Shown here: piece by piece, positions 7,985-16,818 of the stretch | Numbering within the stretch: position 1 is the first letter of the stretch | Layout of the letters: every line of letters begins with the position of its first letter | Source of the DNA: Acaryochloris marina S15 | Lineage (GTDB): Bacteria; Cyanobacteriota; Cyanobacteriia; Thermosynechococcales; Thermosynechococcaceae | Direction of reading: 5' to 3' | DNA length: 32,000 nt | NCBI RefSeq assembly: GCF_018336915.1 | Contig: NZ_CP064923.1 | Span: forward strand, 2,430,001 to 2,462,000 | Program-made: the position numbers and the translations under genes | The notes under the pieces: model-generated | The model's input: only the letters and a program-made list of their open reading frames with translations | Databases searched by the model: none | Told to the model about the DNA's origin: nothing

Positions 7985-8758
7985 ATGCAAATCCACCGAC
8001 TACCTGCCTTTTCTGATAACTATATTTTTGTTCTCCATGATCCAGAGCAGAATATCGCTGCTGTGGTTGATCCAGCTGATCCTCAGCCCGTTCTCAAGAA
8101 ATTGGACGATTGGGGAGCTGAATTGGTGGCGATCTTTAACACCCATCACCATTCGGATCATGTGGGGGGCAATCGGAAACTCCTCCAGGCTTTTCCAAAC
8201 GCTGTGGTCTATGGGGGAGAACAGGATCGAGGTCGGATTCCCGGACAGCAGCACTTTCTAAAACAGGGCGATCAGGTCTCTTTTGCCAATCGCACGGCTG
8301 ACGTGTACTTTGTCCCTGGCCATACCCGTGCCCATATTGCCTATTACTTTCCCCCGTCTTCAGGAGAAGAAGGGGGTGAACTATTTTGTGGCGATACCTT
8401 GTTTGCAGGGGGATGTGGACGTTTGTTTGAAGGTACCCCAGCTCAGATGGTGGATTCACTAAGTAAGCTGCGCAATTTACCTGAGAGCACCCGAGTTTGG
8501 TGCGCCCATGAATATACCCTCAAAAATTTGCAGTTTGCTCTCACGGTTGATGGAGACAATTCACACCTAAAAAATCGCTATAAACAGGTGCAAGATGCTC
8601 GCTGTCAATCCCAACCGACGGTTCCTTCAGACATTGGTCTGGAAAAACAAACCAATCCCTTTCTGCGGTGGGATCAGCCCCATTTAATAACCCATACAAA
8701 AAGCAATACCCCGGTCCAGTGTTTTGCACGGTTACGGGGTATGAAAGATCAGTTTTAA
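7985..8758 (+). CDS. gloB: hydroxyacylglutathione hydrolase (glyoxalase II), metallo-beta-lactamase fold
   Basis: [20 protein letters not shown]-terminus, [11 protein letters not shown] metal motif, GHTRAHI, CAHEYT, NPFLR. I prefer the ATG at 7985 to the TTG at 7973. Confidence 0.93.
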   Translation: MQIHRLPAFSDNYIFVLHDPEQNIAAVVDPADPQPVLKKLDDWGAELVAIFNTHHHSDHVGGNRKLLQAFPNAVVYGGEQDRGRIPGQQHFLKQGDQVSFANRTADVYFVPGHTRAHIAYYFPPSSGEEGGELFCGDTLFAGGCGRLFEGTPAQMVDSLSKLRNLPESTRVWCAHEYTLKNLQFALTVDGDNSHLKNRYKQVQDARCQSQPTVPSDIGLEKQTNPFLRWDQPHLITHTKSNTPVQCFARLRGMKDQF

Positions 8759-8775
8759 TAGGTGTATTAAGAAAA

Positions 8776-9891
8776 CTAGCTGAGGGCGTTGAGGCCGCAG
8801 GCCGCCACCGCTAAAACAGCAACGCAGGCGTAAAACGTCGATACGACCCGGACTTCGGGCCAGCCAGATTGCTCAAAGTGATGGTGAATGGGAGACATCT
8901 TAAATAGACGTTTGCCTACGCCATCCGGTCCCTTAGTGGCTTTGTAGTAGGTGACTTGAGCAATAACGGATAGGGATTCCACCAGAAAAAGACCACTAAG
9001 GATTAGCAATGCCCATAAGGTATTGGTAATCAGTCCCACTGCTGCTAGGGCACCACCCAAAGCCAAGGATCCGGTATCGCCCATAAAAACTTGAGCTGGA
9101 TTATGGTTGTGGGCCAAAAAGCCTAAGCAGCTTCCCGATAGACAGGCACAGAAAATCATCAATCCCGGCCAACTAGGAGCAACCACAAGGGCAAGTCCGA
9201 GGAATGCGATCGCACTTGTCCCAGCTGCTAATCCATCCATGCCATCCGTTAAGTTGACGGCATTACTTTCTGCCGCCACCACAAAGGTAGAGATGGCCAA
9301 AAACAACACACCAATCGGAAGTGTGAACCCAAAGGGTAAAGCCAACCCGCTAATATCCGTTCGGGTTAAAAATAGCCACAATCCGAAGATCAGACCACTG
9401 CCTAACTCAATGCCCAATCGCAACTTAGCTGAGATGCCCTTGTTTGATTTCTTGCGCAGGATTTGCCAATCGTCAAACCAGCCCACCAACCCCAAACATA
9501 GAGTGAGGAGGACGGCTGCTGATACTTCGAGTACGTTAGCGCTGGTCGTGGCCACCCAGGTCCAACTCAGTACCAAGGCAACTGGCATAAAGAAAATGCC
9601 GCCCATGGTAGGCGTGCCTGCTTTTTTGAGGTGACTTTGAGGACCGTCGGCTTGGATGACTTGGGATGCTTTCAGCGATCGCAATACCGGAACCGCCCAA
9701 AACCCCAGTAGAGTCACCAATAGGGTGCTTGTCCATAGGGGAGCCACAATCGTCAGGGCAGGGGTATCGGTGCGACCTGAATGAATATCAGTGGCTAAAG
9801 CGACGCCACTTAAACTCAGGAGCAATAACCCATACAAATTACGGCCAGCCCCAGATCGAGTTGACGCAGTGGTCTTATTTGCAAGGACCAT
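8776..9891 (-). CDS. mraY: phospho-N-acetylmuramoyl-pentapeptide transferase
   Basis: NAVNLTDGMDGLA, FMGDTGSLALGGALA and PIHHHFE motifs; polytopic membrane protein of 371 aa. Confidence 0.95.
   Translation of the reverse strand: MVLANKTTASTRSGAGRNLYGLLLLSLSGVALATDIHSGRTDTPALTIVAPLWTSTLLVTLLGFWAVPVLRSLKASQVIQADGPQSHLKKAGTPTMGGIFFMPVALVLSWTWVATTSANVLEVSAAVLLTLCLGLVGWFDDWQILRKKSNKGISAKLRLGIELGSGLIFGLWLFLTRTDISGLALPFGFTLPIGVLFLAISTFVVAAESNAVNLTDGMDGLAAGTSAIAFLGLALVVAPSWPGLMIFCACLSGSCLGFLAHNHNPAQVFMGDTGSLALGGALAAVGLITNTLWALLILSGLFLVESLSVIAQVTYYKATKGPDGVGKRLFKMSPIHHHFEQSGWPEVRVVSTFYACVAVLAVAACGLNALS
9206..9213. repeat. HIP1 octamer GCGATCGC
   Basis: Exact match read in the sequence. Confidence 0.9.
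9675..9682. repeat. HIP1 octamer GCGATCGC
   Basis: Exact match read in the sequence. Confidence 0.9.
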
Positions 9892-9901
9892 GTTTTTTTA
9901 C

Positions 9902-10120
9902 TTAATCCTCATCGTCATCCGACTCTTCTTCGCCACCCATCAGGGCATTGATTTCTTCGCTTTCCTCTTCTCCTACGACCGTTTTGGCCCTTTCCTGGTT
10001 ATCTCGATCCATTAACCGACCCGATCCTTCCAGCCATCCCAGGATAGATGCATCTTGTCGAGACTCCATAATCGGAGCTTTTTGTTCGCGAGGTTGTTGA
10101 CGGAGAGATGGATTTTCCAT
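9902..10120 (-). CDS. small acidic conserved hypothetical protein (72 aa), possibly the cyanobacterial DUF3134 family
   Basis: MENPSLRQQPR N-terminus and an extremely acidic tail (GEEESEEINALMGGEEESDDDED). Its stop is only 10 nt upstream of the mraY start on the same strand. The DUF3134 assignment is from memory of an NPSLR motif plus an acidic C-terminus and has not been verified. Confidence 0.6.
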   Translation of the reverse strand: MENPSLRQQPREQKAPIMESRQDASILGWLEGSGRLMDRDNQERAKTVVGEEESEEINALMGGEEESDDDED

Positions 10121-10265
10121 TGTTTTTGATGACGAAAAGGATGGTGTTGGCGCGGATGCCGCTTCTTATCTTACTCAGATAATGGGGATTTGGCACTCTT
10201 CAAGCATAGAGCGCTGTCAAGTTTGGGAAAAAATTTCTCGATGGGTAAATAAAAATACCTGAATC

Positions 10266-12194
10266 TCACGATTCTAATTCAGCTAACTCCATCCACCGCT
10301 CTGTAGCGGTCTCAATCTCTGCTTCCAGGGTGGCGAGTTGATCAGAGAGCTGCTGTACTTCAGAAAGATCATTAGGGGGTGAGCCGTATAGAGTTGTCTC
10401 TAATTTGGCTTTCTTCGTTTCCAATTCCGGGATCTTATCTTCCAAATTGGCAAACTCGCGTCGTTCATAATTCGACAGACGACGAGACCGAGCAGAGTCT
10501 TGAGGCTCGTTTACAGGTGCTTCTGGAGTGACTTCTGCCTCCTTGACTTTTGCTGGCTGGTTGAGTTCTGCTTTTGATGCCTCGGCCTGCCTGATATCCA
10601 GATATATGGAATAATTGCCGGGATAGCGGCGAACTTGAGCATCCTCCAAAGCAAAAATGTAGTCGACGGTCCGGTCGAGAAAATAGCGATCGTGAGAAAC
10701 CACCACCACACAGCCATTAAAATTTTCTAAATAGTCTTCTAGGACGGCTAGGGTCTGCACATCCAAATCATTGGTGGGCTCGTCCAAAATCAGCACATTG
10801 GGGGCACTCATCAGCACCCGCAGTAGAAACAGTCGTCGTTTCTCTCCTCCAGACAGTTTGTGAATGGGGGCATACTGCTGGTTGCCCGGGAACAAGAATC
10901 GCTCCAGCATCTGGGAGGCCGAAATCTGGCTGCCATCTGCCGTTTGGATAAACTCTCCCACTTCTTTGACGTAGTCAATCACTCGCTGGTCCTGGTTGGA
11001 CGCGGCAACCAGATCATCTGAATGTTGGTCGAAGTAGCCAATATGGATGGTCCGACCTATCTCAACCTGGCCTGCATCTGGCTCAACTCGCCCGGTCATG
11101 ATGTTCATTAAGGTAGACTTGCCGGTGCCATTGCCACCAATAATGCCGATGCGGTCTTCAGGGCTAAATTCGTAGGAAAAATCCTGAATTAAGGTTCGAT
11201 CACCATAGCTTTTGGAAATCTGGACCAGCTCAATCACCTTTTTGCCAATGCGGCGACCTGGTGTATCGATGTCTACTTTGCCCTGAGCTTCCTTAAAAGT
11301 TTGATCCTGCATATTATGGATCCGGTCTATTCGAGCCTGCTGTTTAGTGCTGCGGGCCTTTGGCCCCCGTTTCAGCCATTCCAGCTCCCGCCGCAAGATG
11401 CCCTGATGTTTGCGTTGGCTTTTCGCAGCTGCGGTTTCTGCCAAGGATTTCTTCTCTAAGTAATAGGAATAGTTGCCGGAAAAAGTATACAAATCCCCCC
11501 GATCAATTTCCAGAATCCGATTCGTGACTTGGTCCAAAAAGTAGCGATCGTGGGTAATCAACAGCAACGCTCCTCGATAGCGCTTTAGATAACTCTGTAA
11601 CCATTCCACTGATTCAGCATCTAAATGGTTGGTAGGCTCATCCATCAACAGTAGATCAGGTTCCGAGAGCAGAGCGGTTGCTAGGGCAATGCGCTTCCGA
11701 TAACCACCTGAGAGATCCCCAACCCTCGCTTCAAAGTCCGTAATCCCCAATTTGCTCAAAATAATTTTGGCATTGGTTTCTAGTTCCCAGGCCCCTGTCG
11801 TCTCCATTTGGGCGGAAATTCCGGCTAGCTTGGCCATCAGGTTGTCTAGTTCGGCCCCCTCTACCTGAGACATTTGATGGGACAAGTCCTCGTAGGTGCG
11901 GACTAGCTGCATCTGCTCGTTACTGTCGTTAAACACCTGATCCAGGACGGTGAGTTCATCGTCTAGTTCTGGCTGTTGGGGCAGATAGACAATAGTTGCT
12001 CCCGAGTTGACTTGGCGTTTGCCCCCATCAATGGATTCCATCCCGGCAATCATTTTCAGGACTGTGGACTTGCCCGAGCCATTCACACCGATCAGACCAA
12101 TTTTGTCATCGGGTTCAATGCTAAAGCTCGCATCTCGCAGAATTTCCTTGATGCCAAAATCCTTGCGAATGCTCTGTAGCGTTACAATGCTCAT
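10266..12194 (-). CDS. ABC-F family ATPase (Uup-like, with C-terminal coiled coil)
   Basis: Two ABC cassettes: Walker A GVNGSGKST and GGNGTGKST, signatures LSGGYRKR and LSGGEKRR, Walker B LLLMDEPTNHLD and VLILDEPTNDLD. No TM domain; charged coiled-coil tail. I prefer the start MSIVTLQSIRKDFG at 12194, because the track's longer ORF to 12311 would overlap the divergent DUF72 gene. Confidence 0.93.
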   Translation of the reverse strand: MSIVTLQSIRKDFGIKEILRDASFSIEPDDKIGLIGVNGSGKSTVLKMIAGMESIDGGKRQVNSGATIVYLPQQPELDDELTVLDQVFNDSNEQMQLVRTYEDLSHQMSQVEGAELDNLMAKLAGISAQMETTGAWELETNAKIILSKLGITDFEARVGDLSGGYRKRIALATALLSEPDLLLMDEPTNHLDAESVEWLQSYLKRYRGALLLITHDRYFLDQVTNRILEIDRGDLYTFSGNYSYYLEKKSLAETAAAKSQRKHQGILRRELEWLKRGPKARSTKQQARIDRIHNMQDQTFKEAQGKVDIDTPGRRIGKKVIELVQISKSYGDRTLIQDFSYEFSPEDRIGIIGGNGTGKSTLMNIMTGRVEPDAGQVEIGRTIHIGYFDQHSDDLVAASNQDQRVIDYVKEVGEFIQTADGSQISASQMLERFLFPGNQQYAPIHKLSGGEKRRLFLLRVLMSAPNVLILDEPTNDLDVQTLAVLEDYLENFNGCVVVVSHDRYFLDRTVDYIFALEDAQVRRYPGNYSIYLDIRQAEASKAELNQPAKVKEAEVTPEAPVNEPQDSARSRRLSNYERREFANLEDKIPELETKKAKLETTLYGSPPNDLSEVQQLSDQLATLEAEIETATERWMELAELES

Positions 12195-12279
12195 CTGATT
12201 TGTGGTGAGATAATAAGGAGATTTCCCTCTTGAGAAATGGGTCTCAAGGAAGCAAACACTCCAATTGTAGGGGGAAACT

Positions 12280-13158
12280 ATGACTGCAACATTATCCAAG
12301 CCCCAGGGCAATTTCTATTTAGGTTGTGCAATCTGGGCCTATAAGGGTTGGCTGGGGGATTTTTACCCCCAGGGCAGTGCTTCCAGCCGGCTGCTACAGC
12401 TTTATGCTGAACGGTTAACGACGGTTGAAGTCAACGCTACGTTTTACTCCACACCGTCTTCAGAAACGGTTAGTCGCTGGGCTGAGCAAACTCCAGAATC
12501 CTTTCGATTTTGCCCCAAGTTTCCCCGCACCGTCTCTCATGCGGGCCTATTACAACCCCATATTGATGAAGCGATTGATTTTATCCAGCTCATGCAAGGC
12601 TTAGGTCCTCGACTGGGTCCGCTTTTCGTCCAGCTGCCCCCCAGTTATGGTCCTCAACAGTTCCCGGACTTAGCGACGTTCCTAACTGAGATTAATTCGT
12701 CTAATGTACCCTTAGCTTTAGAAGTTCGACATCCACAATGGTTTCAACCGCCCCATGCTGACAAACTGAATAATTTGTTGACGTCACTCCAAGCTGGCAG
12801 AGTCTTGTTAGACTCGCGCCCCATTTATCAAGGACCGGACGATCCACAAGTGCATTCTCAACGCCGTAAACCGAAGCTGCCACTACAGCCTGCAGCGACA
12901 GCACCCTTTACGGTAGTTCGCTATATCAGTCATCCCCAAAAAGAATTAAATGATGTGTTTTTGGGAAATTGGGTAAATATTCTACAGACCTGGTTGCGAC
13001 AGGGGATTAATACTTATTTCTTTGTCCATTGTCCTTTGGAAGAGCAGTCCCCCAGAACGGCTCAGTTGTTTCAACAGCTTTTGCAGGAACAGATCGATAT
13101 TCCACCGTTACCCTGGGATCAACTCACACCTCCCTCAACCCAGCTCAGTTTGTTTTGA
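12280..13158 (+). CDS. DUF72 (YecE/UPF0759) family protein
   Basis: GCAIWAYKGWLGDFYP and TVEVNATFYSTPS are characteristic of the DUF72 N-terminus. 292 aa. Confidence 0.8.
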   Translation: MTATLSKPQGNFYLGCAIWAYKGWLGDFYPQGSASSRLLQLYAERLTTVEVNATFYSTPSSETVSRWAEQTPESFRFCPKFPRTVSHAGLLQPHIDEAIDFIQLMQGLGPRLGPLFVQLPPSYGPQQFPDLATFLTEINSSNVPLALEVRHPQWFQPPHADKLNNLLTSLQAGRVLLDSRPIYQGPDDPQVHSQRRKPKLPLQPAATAPFTVVRYISHPQKELNDVFLGNWVNILQTWLRQGINTYFFVHCPLEEQSPRTAQLFQQLLQEQIDIPPLPWDQLTPPSTQLSLF

Positions 13159-13268
13159 AATAGCTTGCAGTCGTTGTTAGTCAACTAAGATTCACCGCTC
13201 AACAGACACTTGAAAGGCGATTATTTTTTCGCGAGCTAAAATAGAAGAATCAACAATTTCTGCGAAAA

Positions 13269-14648
13269 ATGGAATTATTACTTCACCAGTCCGGTGAACA
13301 CATTGCCCAGCGTTACGAGATTTTAGACGTTTTGGGACAGGGTGGAAGTGGTATTACGTATCGAGCCAAAGATCAGCTTACCGATCAACAGGTAGCCTTA
13401 AAAGTTCTGACTTTACGTCAAGCGGATAACTGGAAAAAGATAGAACTCTTTGAACGGGAAGCCCAAATTTTATCCCAGTTAGAACACCCAGCTATTCCCC
13501 ATTACCTCGATTATTTTCAAGTCGATTTACCTGAAGATCGACAATTCTACCTTGCCCAAAAATTGGCTGAAGGCACCTCCCTCGCTGATTTAGTTCACGA
13601 TGGCTGGCGTGCCAGTGAAGACGAAGCCAAACAGATTGCTGAACAAGTGTTGGAAATTCTGACTTATCTGCATAGCCTGCCATCACCTGTGATTCATCGA
13701 GATATCAAACCTCGAAATTTGATTCGGCAAGATAATCACCAAATTGTTCTCGTCGATTTTGGAGCGGTTCAGGTTAGCGAGCAAGGTTCAGAGACCTATG
13801 GCAGCACTGTGGTGGGTACCTATGGCTATATGGCCCCAGAACAATTTCGGGGTAAAGCAACCAAGGCGACGGATTTATACGGATTGGCCGGGACGCTGTT
13901 ATTTCTCTTGACTGGACGTCCGCCTACAGCCTTGCCGGAACACCACTTTAAAATTGATTTTCGAGATGAAATCGAGGTGTCTACGGCCTTTGCCAATTGG
14001 TTAGAGATGATGCTTTCACCAATGCCAGAAGACCGATTTGCATCTGCTGCCGAGGCTTTGGCAGTCCTCAAGGGTGAAAGAGATATTGAAGATTGCAAAG
14101 GTGGAATTGCTCGTCAACCTGTGGGCAGCAGAGTCAAGTTGGAACGAAAGGGTGATGGCATGATCATTGATGTCCCTGCCACTTGGTTTAGCCTCGACAA
14201 TTTGATCAAAGTGCTTCTCAGTATTGTTTTATTGGGGGCTGGCAGCAGTATATTGTGGTTGCCCTTTTCACCAGAAGTGTCAGCCATTTCCAATCATAAT
14301 ATTGCAGCTTTTATCATCTGCATATTTTGCGCGTTTCCTTTTGTGGGCACAGGCTCTGTGTTTGGGGTTGACCTGATTTTTCGGATCAGACGGTTCCATC
14401 TGGAAATCAATCGAACTGACTTTAAGCTTCGTTGGTCCTTGCTGGGGATAAAGTATCAAACTTCCGGTAAAACCCCTGATATCGATCAGGTCGCTTGGAT
14501 TACCAAACGATTGCCGTGGAAAGATACGACCAAAGTTTGCCAGATACGGACTGGATTAAAAACTTATCAATTTAGTGGGGATTTGGATAACTTAGAAAAT
14601 GAGTGGCTAATTGCAGAGCTGCAAGACTTCTTACAACTGACTGCTTAG
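13269..14648 (+). CDS. Ser/Thr protein kinase (Hanks type) with a C-terminal 2-TM plus unknown domain
   Basis: GQGGSGITYRA glycine loop, VALKVL, HRDIKPRNL, DFG, YMAPEQ. After ~residue 300 there are two hydrophobic helices and then a ~90-aa beta-rich tail of unrecognised family. Confidence 0.9.
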   Translation: MELLLHQSGEHIAQRYEILDVLGQGGSGITYRAKDQLTDQQVALKVLTLRQADNWKKIELFEREAQILSQLEHPAIPHYLDYFQVDLPEDRQFYLAQKLAEGTSLADLVHDGWRASEDEAKQIAEQVLEILTYLHSLPSPVIHRDIKPRNLIRQDNHQIVLVDFGAVQVSEQGSETYGSTVVGTYGYMAPEQFRGKATKATDLYGLAGTLLFLLTGRPPTALPEHHFKIDFRDEIEVSTAFANWLEMMLSPMPEDRFASAAEALAVLKGERDIEDCKGGIARQPVGSRVKLERKGDGMIIDVPATWFSLDNLIKVLLSIVLLGAGSSILWLPFSPEVSAISNHNIAAFIICIFCAFPFVGTGSVFGVDLIFRIRRFHLEINRTDFKLRWSLLGIKYQTSGKTPDIDQVAWITKRLPWKDTTKVCQIRTGLKTYQFSGDLDNLENEWLIAELQDFLQLTA

Positions 14649-14663
14649 AGGTTTCGAGACAGA

Positions 14664-15608
14664 TCAGGTTGGCTCTAGAACAGTGATAATCGGCTTGTGA
14701 TCAGAGCCACCTGTCTGCCCGGTCCAGGTTTTGAGGGCCTTATACCCTCGCGTTTCGATGTGGTCCAATGGGATTTTGATATATCGGGTTGTCAGGGTTT
14801 GATTGAAATACCAAGTTGCCCAAATCCACTGACGATGACCTGCATTTTGAAGTTGGCTTAAACGTTCAAACCGCTGAAAATATGGAGACCAAGGAGTGGC
14901 ATTAAAATCCCCTAAAACGATTAGTTTTCCTTCTATGGACTGACTAGTTGTGGCAAAGGTATCCAATTGCTGATTACGGATATGAAAAAATCTTGGAATG
15001 ATGGGGACAGGTGGGTGAATCCCAATGATCGTTACAGGGTCACCCTCAACCTGAAGCTTTGCCATAAGGTTAAAGGTTCGGCCTTTGGTTTTAACTTCAA
15101 AGTCTGTTGTTGTTGCTTCCAGGATTGGATATCGACTAAACAGGGCATTATTGCCGCCCTCCGTTCGATAATTATGGGGATAATCCAACCGAGTTTGCAG
15201 TGCGGCCATCACCGGTTTGTTGACTTCTGATAGGAATAAAATATCTGGATTTTCACTCTGGATTGATTGTGCGATCGCATTGGTATTGGGGTTATCAATC
15301 CAGAGGTTGTAGGCCATCACCCGCAATCCGTTAGGAGCGGAACCCAGTTGGGGAAGACCGATCCAATTGAGAACAGGAGCCACAATCAAAATTAGGATTA
15401 GTGTGGCAATACTTATACGAACTGATTGCTGTCGCAGCTTAGGGATGGCGATGACCAGGATAAAACTTAAGCAAGGAATGACACTCCAGTAGGGCCACAG
15501 CTCAACCAGGAGGGCTAGCGGCCAACGGAACTTTACAGGACTGTAATAAACCAGTACTTGTAGCCCGCTGATGAGCATTAATGCACTGGATATCAACCGA
15601 AAATACAT
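14664..15608 (-). CDS. membrane-anchored endonuclease/exonuclease/phosphatase (EEP) family protein
   Basis: About 3-4 N-terminal TM helices, then DILFLSEV, LGDFNATPWS and GSDHKPI, the EEP catalytic motifs. Confidence 0.8.
   Translation of the reverse strand: MYFRLISSALMLISGLQVLVYYSPVKFRWPLALLVELWPYWSVIPCLSFILVIAIPKLRQQSVRISIATLILILIVAPVLNWIGLPQLGSAPNGLRVMAYNLWIDNPNTNAIAQSIQSENPDILFLSEVNKPVMAALQTRLDYPHNYRTEGGNNALFSRYPILEATTTDFEVKTKGRTFNLMAKLQVEGDPVTIIGIHPPVPIIPRFFHIRNQQLDTFATTSQSIEGKLIVLGDFNATPWSPYFQRFERLSQLQNAGHRQWIWATWYFNQTLTTRYIKIPLDHIETRGYKALKTWTGQTGGSDHKPIITVLEPT
15271..15278. repeat. HIP1 octamer GCGATCGC
   Basis: Exact match read in the sequence. Confidence 0.9.
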
Positions 15609-15751
15609 AAAGATAAAAAACTGGGGTGCAGTAGGGGTGAGGGAAAATTTCCTATTAGTGTTTGACGTGAATTGTGGGTTGAGATCGCATCCTTATCCCT
15701 CTCAAGTCCCCCAAAAGCTGCAATTGATCCCAAGTCTTCAAAAGCTGGTGT

Positions 15752-16672
15752 TTAATCCAATTCACCCGTTTTTCTCAAGTGGTCGCAGTAGCGATTGAAG
15801 AGATTCTTTGCCGCTGGCCAGCAAGAGTTGGGACTCATAAAATGGGAAAACTCAAAGGTAATTAGCTTCTCAACGCCAGATTGTTCTGCCGCCTCCATTT
15901 TCCACCACAGCTTCCGCCAATCTAGGGGAGGAAAATCAAACGGCACATCTCGATCAAAGCTTTCCACATTAGACCAAGCCTGCATCCTATGCTTAGCAAT
16001 CAGTTCACGGTTGGCTCGTAGGAAATCAGGCAAATCATCATAATCCACCTGCCCGTCTTGGAAGGCCACAATATCAACGGCTCCTGCCAACACCCCTAGG
16101 ATTTCGTCCCAGTCTTCGCAATGTTGATCTAGAGAAATAGGATCGTCTACCAATTTACTGCCATGCAAATAGGGTGAAATCATATTGGGTAAATGAGGCG
16201 ACAGCCCTTTGCAGTGAGCCCCCAACTGTCTGAGACATTCAACCCGGTGTTTCTCCATCTTGCCCAGCTCAAAGGTGAGATACCAGCCTTTAAACGCTTG
16301 TCGATGTCCATATTTCTGCCAGACTTCATCGATAAAATCTTTGCCCATCTGTACTTCCTGGTCTAAAGTACGCTCTCTAGACGGTCTTGTGGCGGAATCA
16401 TAGGTACCAAAGAAAAAGGTCATCTCATTTTCTTCAGCTAGATCTAGAAACAGGTCCACTAGATCTTCATAGACAGGAAAGATATCGGCCTGTTCTGAGA
16501 GCACCTGGGAAGGACAAACTGCAGTTCGACCTACTCCTGCCCGGATCATGATCACAGTATCAATGCCAACAGATTTCATGATGCGAAAATCTTCGGCCCA
16601 TTCTGCCCGCCCCCAGTTATTGGATGGAATATCGTGGGTGATCTCATCCAAAAAAGTGCCAGAAATTCTCAT
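15752..16672 (-). CDS. TIM-barrel glycoside-hydrolase-like protein, probably DUF4434 family
   Basis: The N-terminus ISGTFLDEITHDIPSNNWGRAEWAEDFRIMKSVGIDTVIMIR matches my memory of DUF4434 proteins. The ORF is clean at 306 aa. Family call unverified. Confidence 0.65.
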   Translation of the reverse strand: MRISGTFLDEITHDIPSNNWGRAEWAEDFRIMKSVGIDTVIMIRAGVGRTAVCPSQVLSEQADIFPVYEDLVDLFLDLAEENEMTFFFGTYDSATRPSRERTLDQEVQMGKDFIDEVWQKYGHRQAFKGWYLTFELGKMEKHRVECLRQLGAHCKGLSPHLPNMISPYLHGSKLVDDPISLDQHCEDWDEILGVLAGAVDIVAFQDGQVDYDDLPDFLRANRELIAKHRMQAWSNVESFDRDVPFDFPPLDWRKLWWKMEAAEQSGVEKLITFEFSHFMSPNSCWPAAKNLFNRYCDHLRKTGELD

Positions 16673-16818
16673 ATTATTCTGCTTGGCTGTTTAACTTCAT
16701 TACTATACGCTCAATCTCTGAAGTAGTTGCAAGATCAACTTTTTTCTCTTGCCTACCGCCTTATTTCAGCTTTGATAGAATGCAGCTAGAGACCTCCAGA
16801 AGCAAGTGATCAGTAAAT

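Noticed and set aside
9107-9634. 175-aa ORF on the + strand, antisense to mraY, plus similar antisense or alternate-frame ORFs inside hisF (5013-5611), purH (19033-19521), hemA (29947-30750), glpX (31569-31862), the ABC-F gene (11976-12198) and the Wzx gene (24034-24297).
   Set aside because: Each lies entirely within a strongly supported gene on the opposite strand. Their translations are low-complexity, Pro/Arg/Ser-rich or motif-free. They are typical shadow ORFs.
12195-12311. N-terminal 39-codon extension of the ABC-F ORF, and likewise the 2343 start of the GT gene and the 7973 TTG start of gloB.
   Set aside because: The extensions overlap neighbouring genes or intergenic promoter space. 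They lack similarity to the family N-termini, whereas the internal ATGs give canonical N-termini (MSIVTLQSI..., MTAYLPW..., MQIHRLP...).
13225-13269. 8-bp inverted repeat (TTTTTCGC / GCGAAAAA, 29-nt loop) whose 3' arm abuts the kinase start codon, which could act as a translational occluder.
   Set aside because: The stem is short and mostly A-T with a large loop, so predicted stability is very low.
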